Of a DNA stretch of 64,000 nt, positions 9,331 through 17,523 are shown in pieces. The first letter of the stretch is position 1, and each line of letters starts with the position of its first letter. The translations under genes were made by a program, and so were the position numbers. A model generated the notes under the pieces. That model was not told where the DNA came from. It worked only from the letters and a program-made list of their open reading frames with translations, and did no database searches. Origin of the DNA: Nocardioidaceae bacterium (GTDB taxonomy: Bacteria; Actinomycetota; Actinomycetes; Propionibacteriales; Nocardioidaceae); the NCBI GenBank assembly GCA_035557095.1, contig DATMEB010000132.1, positions 8,938 to 72,937 of the forward strand, written 5' to 3'.

Positions 9331-10593
9331 TCAGCTCAGGGTGTCGCGGTGCACGACACCGGCCTTCATCACCAGCTTCAGGTGCTTGTCCGGAGCGGTG
9401 AGCACCTCGACGTCGGCCAGCGGGTCGCCATCGACCACGAGCAGGTCGCCCCACGCGCCGGGAGCAATCCTGCCAAGCCGGTCGTCGCCGAGCAGTCGTG
9501 CCGCGGTCGTGGTCGCCGACCGGATGATGTCGGCGGGCTGCTGCACCTGTGCACGGATGCTGAACTCGCCCAGCTGGTGCCGGTGCATGCCGCCGAGCAG
9601 GTCGGTGCCGTACACGATGTCGACACCGGCGCGGCCGGCACGCTCCAGCGCACCAAGCCCGTGCTGCAGGACGTCGTCAACCTTGGCCAGGCTGTCAGCG
9701 GGCAGCCCGTGCTCGGCGCCCTCGGCGGCCAGCTGCCGGTAGGTGACCAGCGTGGGCACCAGGAACGCCTGATGGGCGAGGAACAGCTCGATGCTGCTGT
9801 CGTCGAGCAGGTTTCCGTGCTCGATGCTGCGCACCCCGGCCTGCAGCCCCCGGTTGATGGCGGCGGCGGTGTAGGCGTGCCCGGTGACGTACCGGTTCGC
9901 CGCGGTCGCCTCCTCGACGGAGGCACGGATCTCCTCGAGGGAGAACTGGGTCGAGTCGACCCGGTCGGTGGGGGAGGCCACGCCACCGGACAGCATGATC
10001 TTGATGTGGTCCGCACCGGTGCGCAGCTGCTCGCGGGCCCCTCGACGCACCTCGTCGACGCCGTCGCAGACCAGGCCGATGCTGGGACAGCAGCGGTGCT
10101 GGTCCATCACCAGGCGACCGCGGTGCCGCAGATCGCCGTGACCGCCCGTCTGCGACAGGGCCTTGCCACCGAAGAACAGCCGCGGACCGGCCAGCAGCCC
10201 CTCCTCGACCGCCTGGGCCAGTCCGTAGTCCGCGCCGCCCACATCGCGCACGGTGGTGAACCCGCGAGCGAGCATGCCCTGCAGGATCGCTGCGGACTTC
10301 GCGGTGACGTACGTCGGCGACCACTCGGCCTGCGCGGCCAGGTCCGCGGTGGTGGCGGTGACATGCACGTGCGCGTCGATCAGCCCGGGCATCACCGTCA
10401 TGCCGTGTGCGTCGATCGTTCGTGCCCCGGCCGGCGCGGTGACCTCCGCGCCACCGACTTCCGCGACGTGCTCGCCGTGTACGAGCACCCGACGGTTCTC
10501 GGCCAGCTCACCCGTGTCCGGGTCCAGCACCTGGGCGCGTTCGATCAACACCGGCGTCCGGCCGCCTCGATCGGCGTAGTCCCGTTTCGTCAT
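9331..10593 (-). CDS. Amidohydrolase-superfamily metal-dependent hydrolase (COG1228-like, paralog)
   Basis: MTVMPGLIDAHVHV, SQTGGHGD, IKIMLSGGV, GHAY, SIEHG and YGTDL motifs. 10-nt gap to the downstream paralog. Confidence 0.8.
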   Translation of the reverse strand: MTKRDYADRGGRTPVLIERAQVLDPDTGELAENRRVLVHGEHVAEVGGAEVTAPAGARTIDAHGMTVMPGLIDAHVHVTATTADLAAQAEWSPTYVTAKSAAILQGMLARGFTTVRDVGGADYGLAQAVEEGLLAGPRLFFGGKALSQTGGHGDLRHRGRLVMDQHRCCPSIGLVCDGVDEVRRGAREQLRTGADHIKIMLSGGVASPTDRVDSTQFSLEEIRASVEEATAANRYVTGHAYTAAAINRGLQAGVRSIEHGNLLDDSSIELFLAHQAFLVPTLVTYRQLAAEGAEHGLPADSLAKVDDVLQHGLGALERAGRAGVDIVYGTDLLGGMHRHQLGEFSIRAQVQQPADIIRSATTTAARLLGDDRLGRIAPGAWGDLLVVDGDPLADVEVLTAPDKHLKLVMKAGVVHRDTLS

Positions 10594-10629
10594 CGACCGC
10601 TCCTCCAGTGGACGCTCATCGGTGTCTGC

Positions 10630-12075
10630 TCATTCCACGCCCCCGGGTTGCCGGCCACCCGCTCCGGTGGCTGCCGCTGCCGGCAGGGTGGCCTCGCTGG
10701 TGCGGGGCTTGGTGAGAAGACTGCCGAGCGCCAACGCCAGCACCGACAGGGGCAGCGCCACGATGACCGAGTTCCACTCGTTCGGCTTGCCCAGCGCGAA
10801 CTCCCACACCAGTACCGCTGCGGTGCCGACGAGCATGCTGGCCAGTGCGCCGGCGGTGGTGACCCGCGGCCAGAACAGCACCGCCAGCACCGCTGGAGTG
10901 ATGGCGACGCCGTAGATCGTGTACGAGTGGATCTGCAGCTCCAGCACGGTGGGGAAGAACTGCCCGAGCGCGAACGCCAGTGCGGCCACCGCGAGCACCG
11001 CCAGCCGCAGCAGCTTCAGCCGTGAGGTCTCCGAGACGTCCTTCGAGGTGTGCCGGACGTAGAAGTCGTAGAGCATGTTGCCGGCGACCGAGAGCATGAA
11101 CGAGGTGGCGGTGGTGACGATGAACGCCAGCGCTCCCGCAAGCAGCAGCCCGCCGACCACGGTCGGGAGCACGCCCTCGGAGGCCAGCGACAGCACGGCG
11201 GTGTCGGGGTTCTCCAGGTTCGGCAGGAGCACGGTCGCCGCCGATCCGAGGATGGCGACCGGGATCACGACGACGAACGCGCCGAAGAAGAACCCGATGG
11301 TGGAGCTGCGGGCGGCTCCCTCGTCGCGCGCCGCGGTCAGCCGCTGGTACATGTTCTGGTCGGCCAGGATGAGCAGGAACAGCGGCAGGAAGTAGCCCAG
11401 CAGCTGCATCGCGTCGAGCCCTCCGGACACTGTCTGCGACGCGGCCGGGAGCCGGCTGAGGTACCCACCGACGACGGCTGACAGCACCAGTGGAACGCTG
11501 ACCAGGAGGGAGAACACGATCAGCAGCGCCGAGAGGAAGTCGGTCCAGGCGACGCTGAACAGCCCACCGCTCACGGCGAGGAAGGTCACCACGACGGTGA
11601 CCAGGATGGTCGCCTGCAGCTCGGACAGTGGCGTGACCAGGCTGACGATGTAGCCGCCGCCGGTGAACTGGTACGCCGTGATGCCGACGTAGGCGAGCAG
11701 GATGGCGACCGCCCCGACCATCCGCACCCCGACACCGAACCGCGCCTCCAGAAGCTCGGGCACGGTGTAGCGAGAGGCGGCCCGCACCTTGGCGGCGGCG
11801 AAGTAGAGCACGATGATGCCGGCCGGCGTCCCGGCGAAGAACACCAGCGCTGCCCACGGTCCGTACGTATAGGCGAAGTTGGCGCCTCCGACGATCGTGC
11901 CCGAGCCGACCCAGGTGGCCAGCAGGGTCCCGATGAGCACGGGCCGCGGGAGGCGACGGCCGGCGAACATGAAGTCGTCACCGGTGCGCACGCGGCTGGA
12001 GCGGGCGAAGTAGGCGCCGGCGACGACCATGACGACCAGGTAGCCGACGAGGATGGCCAGATGCACGGTCTGCAC
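10630..12075 (-). CDS. Sodium:solute symporter (SSS) family transporter
   Basis: About 13 hydrophobic segments. N-terminus LAILVGYLVVMVVAGAYFARSSRVRTGDDFMFAGRRLP is typical of SSS. Start chosen at GTG 12075, 7 nt after GGAGG. The track ORF extends to 12168. Confidence 0.85.
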   Translation of the reverse strand: MQTVHLAILVGYLVVMVVAGAYFARSSRVRTGDDFMFAGRRLPRPVLIGTLLATWVGSGTIVGGANFAYTYGPWAALVFFAGTPAGIIVLYFAAAKVRAASRYTVPELLEARFGVGVRMVGAVAILLAYVGITAYQFTGGGYIVSLVTPLSELQATILVTVVVTFLAVSGGLFSVAWTDFLSALLIVFSLLVSVPLVLSAVVGGYLSRLPAASQTVSGGLDAMQLLGYFLPLFLLILADQNMYQRLTAARDEGAARSSTIGFFFGAFVVVIPVAILGSAATVLLPNLENPDTAVLSLASEGVLPTVVGGLLLAGALAFIVTTATSFMLSVAGNMLYDFYVRHTSKDVSETSRLKLLRLAVLAVAALAFALGQFFPTVLELQIHSYTIYGVAITPAVLAVLFWPRVTTAGALASMLVGTAAVLVWEFALGKPNEWNSVIVALPLSVLALALGSLLTKPRTSEATLPAAAATGAGGRQPGGVE

Positions 12076-12247
12076 TGTGTGACCTCCGGGTCCCGGGTTC
12101 CGGGTGGCTGGCCGGCACGAGGAGCATGCCCGCTGCGTGTGCAGCCGCCAGCACCGATTGGTCCGCAATGCTTACAGGTATTTTCACTGTCGTGCAATAG
12201 TCGTTGCAAAGGTCCGGAGCCGGGCCGGACTGCGTGAGGGTGGCGGC

Positions 12248-13105
12248 GTGAACGCGATCGAAGAGTGGCTGTCGCAGCGGGTGGCGGACGCGCGGCTCGG
12301 CCCGGCGGCGCGGCGCGTGGTGGAGATCGTCGCCACTCAGCCGCACCTGGCCTCCTACGCGTCCACTGCCGACCTGGCCGAGCGCGCCGGGGTCAACGTG
12401 GCCACGGTCGTGCGCACCGCACGGTCGCTCGGGTTCACCGGCTGGCCGGATCTGCGGCTGGAGCTGCGCAGCCGGTATCTCGGTTCGCTGTCGGCCAACC
12501 AGGTGCTGGCCGAGCACGAGTGGCAGGTCGCGGACGACCCGATCTCGGCGGCGATCCGACGCGACATCGAGAACCTGGAGACGTTCGCCCGAACGGTGGA
12601 CGCGCAGGCGGTACGAGCGCTCGCCGCCTCGATCCATGCTGCCGACCGCACCGTCGTGGCCGGGTCTGGAACCTTCGCCGCGCCGGGGATGCAGCTGGTG
12701 CATGCCGGCACGACGATGGGCCTGGACATGCGGCTGGAGCGGCATTTCGGCACCGCGCTGGCCAACACGGTCTCCCGGTTGCGCCAGGGTGACGTGTTCG
12801 TGGCGGTCAACTTCTGGTGGCTGCCGCAGCAGCTGCTCGATGCAGCCGAGGTGGCGAGCGAACGTGGCGCGACGGTGGGTGTGGTGACCGACCAGCGCAC
12901 GTCGGCGCTGACCGATTCTGCCGCCCACGTGGTCGTGGTGCCGAGCGAGGGTGCGAGCTCGTTCCCGTCGCTGACCGCGGCCATGTCGCTGATGCATGCG
13001 CTGCTGGCCGAGCTGGCGCGCCTCGGCGACGGCCAGGTGCAGGACGCGATGAACCGCAGCGAGGAAACCTGGCGCCGGATGCGGCTGTTCCATCGCCAGC
13101 CCTGA
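12248..13105 (+). CDS. RpiR/MurR-family transcriptional regulator (HTH_6 + SIS)
   Basis: LASYASTADLAERAGVNVATVVRTARSLGFTGWPDLRLEL (RpiR HTH) followed by a SIS-like domain. Start taken at GTG 12248. Confidence 0.8.
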   Translation: MNAIEEWLSQRVADARLGPAARRVVEIVATQPHLASYASTADLAERAGVNVATVVRTARSLGFTGWPDLRLELRSRYLGSLSANQVLAEHEWQVADDPISAAIRRDIENLETFARTVDAQAVRALAASIHAADRTVVAGSGTFAAPGMQLVHAGTTMGLDMRLERHFGTALANTVSRLRQGDVFVAVNFWWLPQQLLDAAEVASERGATVGVVTDQRTSALTDSAAHVVVVPSEGASSFPSLTAAMSLMHALLAELARLGDGQVQDAMNRSEETWRRMRLFHRQP

Positions 13106-13254
13106 CGGTGACGATCAAGTCGTCCGGACGGCTCGACCAGGCGTGATCCGGCCTTCCCCTTGCCAAATGCGGCGGGATCCTGCAAAGTCAGCGTCCATCA
13201 GTGCGCTTTGCTGCACATTCTCGCAATGAGTCAGACGTAACGACAGGACATCGC

Positions 13255-14295
13255 ATGACCGCTCGGCTGGGGTCGCTCGACCGCCGGATCGTCGCTGCCC
13301 TGCAGGCCGAGCCGCGCGCGTCGTGGGCGGCGGTGGCCACGGTGGCGCGGACGACCGAGACCACCGCGGCGCGGCGAGCCTCCCGTCTGCTGGAGACGGG
13401 TGCGCTGCGCCTGACCGGGTTGGCTGACCCCATCCGCTGCGGCTTCGGTCAGCCGGTGCTGCTGCAGCTGAAGTGCGAGCCGAGTCGGGCCGGGTCGATC
13501 GCCGACGCGCTGGCGCGCCGGGAGGACGTGCGGTTCTGCGGGCTCACCACAGGGCGCTGGGACGTGGTCGCCGAGCTCATCTCCTCCTCCAGCGACGACC
13601 TGGCTCGCGTCGTGGTCGACGAGGTCGGTCAGCTGCCGGGCATCACGGAGTCCTCCACCGCATTCGTGACCCGCAACTACAAGATGAGCTACGACTGGAG
13701 CCGGGGGCTGCTCGACGTCGCCTCCGACGACGTGCCGTTGGAGACCGAGGGAGGCGCTGCGGCGAGTACGCGCTGGCACGACCCGTCGGCCAGCGCCGCG
13801 GTGGATCTCGACGACGTGGACGTGCATCTGCTCGCCGCGGTCGCCGACAACGGCCGCCGTTCGTACGCCGAGGTCGCCGGCGAGGTCGGGCTGTCCGAGA
13901 CCGCGGTCCGGCGGCGTCTGGAACGGCTCGTGCGGGAGCGGTGCCTGATCTTCAGCGCCTACGTCGAACCCGCAGCGCTCGGGTACCACCTCGAGTTCCT
14001 CGTCTGGCTGCGGATGTCGTACCGGCACCTCGACCGAGCCGCAGCCGAGCTGGCCGCCCACCGCGAGGTTCGCTATCTCTCCGCCACCGCCGGGTCCGCC
14101 GAGCTGGTCTGCGAGGTCGTGCTTCCCGAGCAGGGGGACCTGTACGCGTTCACCACCGAGGTGCTCGGCCGCCTGCCCGGTCTGGTCACCGCTGACATCG
14201 GGGTCGAGATCGGCAACCGCAAGCGTGCCTGGCATGGTCCGGCGGACCAGCCGGGCGCATCACCCACCCGGAAGGCGTCATCCGCATGCACCTGA
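13255..14295 (+). CDS. Tandem (duplicated) Lrp/AsnC-family transcriptional regulator
   Basis: Two HTH_AsnC-like modules (LDRRIVAALQAEPRASWAAVA... and VDVHLLAAVADNGRRSYAEVAGEVGLSETAVRRRLERL). Each is followed by an AsnC-type ligand-domain-like segment. Start at ATG 13255. Confidence 0.75.
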   Translation: MTARLGSLDRRIVAALQAEPRASWAAVATVARTTETTAARRASRLLETGALRLTGLADPIRCGFGQPVLLQLKCEPSRAGSIADALARREDVRFCGLTTGRWDVVAELISSSSDDLARVVVDEVGQLPGITESSTAFVTRNYKMSYDWSRGLLDVASDDVPLETEGGAAASTRWHDPSASAAVDLDDVDVHLLAAVADNGRRSYAEVAGEVGLSETAVRRRLERLVRERCLIFSAYVEPAALGYHLEFLVWLRMSYRHLDRAAAELAAHREVRYLSATAGSAELVCEVVLPEQGDLYAFTTEVLGRLPGLVTADIGVEIGNRKRAWHGPADQPGASPTRKASSACT

Positions 14296-15056
14296 CCTAC
14301 GCCCTCCCTGCACCGGCACACCTGACGTCGATGGGGCAGCAGGAGGTGGACCGGCGGACCGCGCTGCTCAACGAGTGGGCAAGTCCCGACACCACCGTCA
14401 GCGTCACCACGACCCCGGCGGGTCCGGCGTCGGTGGAGTCGATGTACGAGGAGTACCTGGCGATCCCGCACCTGGCCGCATCCATCCGAGACAGCGAGGC
14501 GTCCGGCAGCGACGCCGCCATCATCGGCTGCTTCGGAGATCCCGGGCTGGACGGCATCCGCGAGATCGCTGCGAAGCCGGTCGTGGGCCCAGCCGCCGCC
14601 TCGATCACCCTCGCGGCGACACTCGGCCACCGCTTCTCGATCGTCACCGTCGCCGACAGCGTTCGCCATCCGCTACGCCGCCTGGCCTGGGACACCGGTG
14701 TCGAGGGTGCACTCGGGGAGGTCCGCGCGGTCAACGTCGGCGTGCTCGCACTCAACGCCGACCACGACGCGGCGCACGCCGCGGTGGCCGAAGAGTGCAA
14801 GCGCGCACTCGACTCAGCCGACGTGGACACCCTGGTCCTGGGGTGCATGAGCATGGGCTTCCTCGGCGCGGCCGAACGCCTCACCGACGAGCTGGGCGTG
14901 CCGGTCGTCAACCCTGTGCGGGCCGCCCTGCACCATGCCGAGACTCTCGTGCGGATGCGGCTCGCGCCGAGCCGCCGCGCCTACCTCGTGCCGCCGAAGG
15001 TGGCCGCGGGCTCCGCCCCCGAGGACCTGCTGCTCACCGACACCCACCAGCGCTGA
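14286..15056 (+). CDS. Hydantoin racemase-like (Asp/Glu/hydantoin racemase family, HyuE type)
   Basis: Two catalytic-Cys contexts, IIGCFGDPGL and LVLGCMSMG, match the HyuE pattern. Overlaps the Lrp gene end by 10 nt. Confidence 0.8.
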   Translation: MHLTYALPAPAHLTSMGQQEVDRRTALLNEWASPDTTVSVTTTPAGPASVESMYEEYLAIPHLAASIRDSEASGSDAAIIGCFGDPGLDGIREIAAKPVVGPAAASITLAATLGHRFSIVTVADSVRHPLRRLAWDTGVEGALGEVRAVNVGVLALNADHDAAHAAVAEECKRALDSADVDTLVLGCMSMGFLGAAERLTDELGVPVVNPVRAALHHAETLVRMRLAPSRRAYLVPPKVAAGSAPEDLLLTDTHQR

Positions 15057-15089
15057 CCCGTGGGTGTCATCCCCTGCCAAGGAGCGAAC

Positions 15090-15887
15090 ATGCACCTCCA
15101 CCACACACCGGTCGACGGTTCGCGACGCAGACGTACCGGCTCGGTCCTGACCAGGTGGTTCGCGACAGTCCTGGTCGGCGGTCTGACCGGCGTGGCCCTG
15201 CTGCCCGGTGTCGCAGCCGCCGAGGAGGCTGCGCCGAGCCTGCAGAGCGCCGAGGTCGACGTGACCATGCGTGCCGACGACACCTCCCGGCTACGGGCCA
15301 CCTACCGCCTGAGCGCAGCCTCACCGGGAGGGACGGTCGTACCGCATCGGATCCTGCCCCGCAGCGACTCGCAGCTGCGTCGACTGGCGATCGTCGGCCC
15401 GGGATCCGTGCAGCGCCGTGATGCGACCACGTACGACGTCGCCGTTCCCGGCGGAGCCAGGACCTACTCGCTGGTTGCGGTGAGCCAGGCGTCCGTGCCC
15501 GGTGACGTGCCCGTCCCGGTCCCCGACATTCCCGCGGTCGAGCAGGCGCACGTCACCATCGACGTCGCACTGCCGCGGGGACAGCATCTCGTCGGCGACT
15601 CGCTTCCGTCGTTCACCTCGGAGACCCGAGGTGAACGGACGCTCCTCCACCACAGCGGTCCGGCCGTTCCCAGCGCCGTGGTCGCGCCGTACGGGACCTC
15701 GTCCGTGTTCTCCCTCGGCGACCTCCTCACGCTGCTCGGTCTCGGCGTGCTGGCGGGCAGCTGCCTGCTGTGGTTCCGGCATGGCAACCGCACCGCCGAC
15801 GCCGGCGAGGACGCGACGCGACCCGTCGACGAGCTGCCTGAGGCCCGGGAACGTGTCGGCGCCGGCCAGGGGAGGGACGCGCTGTGA
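15090..15887 (+). CDS. Exported, C-terminally membrane-anchored protein of unknown function
   Basis: Arg-rich n-region plus hydrophobic h-region and AAA cleavage-like site (SRRRRTGSVLTRWFATVLVGGLTGVALLPGVAAAEE). About 190-aa non-hydrophobic domain, C-terminal TM (LLTLLGLGVLAGSCLLWF) and charged tail. AAGGAG RBS before ATG 15090. I recognise no family. Confidence 0.6.
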   Translation: MHLHHTPVDGSRRRRTGSVLTRWFATVLVGGLTGVALLPGVAAAEEAAPSLQSAEVDVTMRADDTSRLRATYRLSAASPGGTVVPHRILPRSDSQLRRLAIVGPGSVQRRDATTYDVAVPGGARTYSLVAVSQASVPGDVPVPVPDIPAVEQAHVTIDVALPRGQHLVGDSLPSFTSETRGERTLLHHSGPAVPSAVVAPYGTSSVFSLGDLLTLLGLGVLAGSCLLWFRHGNRTADAGEDATRPVDELPEARERVGAGQGRDAL

Positions 15888-16054
15888 TCGCGATGCTGCT
15901 GACACCGTTCGGCACCCCGTTCGACATCTCCGTCATCGTGGGCGTGCTGCTCTCCACCGTCGCGGTCGTGCTGAGCCACCGCCGACGGCCAGCCGCCCAG
16001 GACGACACGCCCGCGCGCGCGGCCGACGCCGTGCGTACCAAGGAGGGCTCGTGA
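15884..16054 (+). CDS. 56-aa single-TM micro-protein, putative small subunit of the SSS symporter
   Basis: Own translation: VIAMLLTPFGTPFDISVIVGVLLSTVAVVLSHRRRPAAQDDTPARAADAVRTKEGS*. GTGA overlap with the upstream stop (15884-15887) and GTGA overlap with the symporter start (16051-16054). GC3-rich. Not listed in the ORF track. Confidence 0.55.
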   Translation: MIAMLLTPFGTPFDISVIVGVLLSTVAVVLSHRRRPAAQDDTPARAADAVRTKEGS

Positions 16055-17523
16055 CCTTCGAAACCGCGTTCCTGCTCGTGTTGGCCGCCTTCTTCGTCGT
16101 GGTGATGGTCGAGGGCTGGCAGTCGTGGAAGCGCACCAAGAACGAGACCGACTACCTGGTGGCGGGTCGCAGCATGGGTGCCTGGATCGGAGGTGCCAGC
16201 ATCTCGGCCACCCAGATGAGCGCTGGAACCTTCGTCGGGACGATGGGGATCCACTACCTCACCGGTGCGTCGTTCATGGCCGGCTGGCTCGGCATCTGGG
16301 TCGCGTTCGTCCTGGCCGCGTTCGTGATCGCGCCGCGCCTGCGGCGGTACGCCCACGAGCGCAACGCGCTGACCTTCCCCGACTACATCGCCGACCGGTT
16401 CGGCGGGAAGCTGCCGCGCGCGGTCGTGTCGGTGCTGTTGGTGATCTCGTACGTCGTGTTCATGTCCGCGCAGTACCAGGCCGGCGGGGTCATCCTCGGC
16501 ACCGTGTTCGGGATCCCCTTCGTCTACGGCGCGATCATCCTGATGGTGCTCGTCGTCGGCTACACGGTGATCGGCGGCATGCACGCGGTGATGCGCACCG
16601 ACTTCCTGCAGCAGATCGCGATGATGATCGGCATCGCGGTCGGCGTCCCGCTCGTGGTCGCGCGCGCCGGCGGCTGGGAGTCCCTGGGAGCCGCGCTGCC
16701 CGCGGTGGCCCCGGAGTTCACCGGCTGGGCCTTCGGCTGGAGCGACCTCGTGGGCTTCTGGCTCGGGTTCGGGTTCGCCGCCCTGTGCGCGCCGTACCTG
16801 TTGCTGCGCTTCTACGCGATGCCTGACGACCGCACGTGCCAGCGTGCCTCCGGGGTCGCTCTGGGCTTCGTGCTCGCCACCGGCATCTGCATCGCCATCC
16901 TCGGCATGGCCATGCGGGTGATCTACCCCCAGCTGCCGGTCGCCGACGCCGCCTCCACCCTGCTGGCCTCGGAGGTGGTCCCGCCGCTGCTCGGTGCTGT
17001 CGTGCTCACCGCGGTCATCGCCGCGGTGATGAGCACCGTCGACTCGGTGCTCCTCGTCGCGGGGCCGGCGATCAGCCATGACCTGTACGGGCGGCTGATC
17101 CGCCCGAACGCCGACGAGGCGTCGCGGATGCGCGTCAACCGTTGGGCGACGGCGGTCATCGGTGCCGTCCCGGTGCTGCTCACCGTCCAGGAGCTCGACA
17201 TCGTGCAGTTCGTCGTGCTGGCGTACGCCGCCCTGCTGGCCTCGACGATCGTCGCGCCGGTCCTGCTGGGGCTGTACTGGCGGCGGGCCAGCCAGGCCGG
17301 GGCAGTGGCGTCGATGCTCGTCGGGTTCGCGGTGTGCGCGGCCTGGTACGCACTTGGCGAGCCGTACATCGGTGCGGTCGTGCCCGGCGTGACCGCCTCG
17401 GTCGTTGCCATGCTGCTCGTGTCGCTCGCCACCCGCCCCGTCGAGGCAGAGCTCCTCGAACCGTTCTTCGAACCCGGACCCGATCCCGTCAGGCCCTTGG
17501 CACAGATGAAAGGAACACCGTGA
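16051..17523 (+). CDS. Sodium:solute symporter (SSS) family transporter
   Basis: VTFETAFLLVLAAFFVVVMVEGWQSWKRTKNETDYLVAGRSMGAWIGGASISATQMSAGTF is a classic SSS N-terminus. About 13 TM segments. Real start is GTG 16051 within track ORF 15502..17523. Confidence 0.85.
   Translation: MTFETAFLLVLAAFFVVVMVEGWQSWKRTKNETDYLVAGRSMGAWIGGASISATQMSAGTFVGTMGIHYLTGASFMAGWLGIWVAFVLAAFVIAPRLRRYAHERNALTFPDYIADRFGGKLPRAVVSVLLVISYVVFMSAQYQAGGVILGTVFGIPFVYGAIILMVLVVGYTVIGGMHAVMRTDFLQQIAMMIGIAVGVPLVVARAGGWESLGAALPAVAPEFTGWAFGWSDLVGFWLGFGFAALCAPYLLLRFYAMPDDRTCQRASGVALGFVLATGICIAILGMAMRVIYPQLPVADAASTLLASEVVPPLLGAVVLTAVIAAVMSTVDSVLLVAGPAISHDLYGRLIRPNADEASRMRVNRWATAVIGAVPVLLTVQELDIVQFVVLAYAALLASTIVAPVLLGLYWRRASQAGAVASMLVGFAVCAAWYALGEPYIGAVVPGVTASVVAMLLVSLATRPVEAELLEPFFEPGPDPVRPLAQMKGTP

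Noticed and set aside
8788-11025. 745-aa plus-strand ORF
   Set aside because: It is antisense to two amidohydrolase genes and the 3' end of the SSS gene. It has no motifs and shadow-ORF composition.
12076-12247. Promoter/operator elements in the AT-richer SSS/RpiR divergent region (TGCAA-tagtcg-TTGCA, TTGCAA)
   Set aside because: I found only 5-bp arms and could not fit -35/-10 hexamers with proper spacing. It probably is regulatory, but no specific site can be supported.
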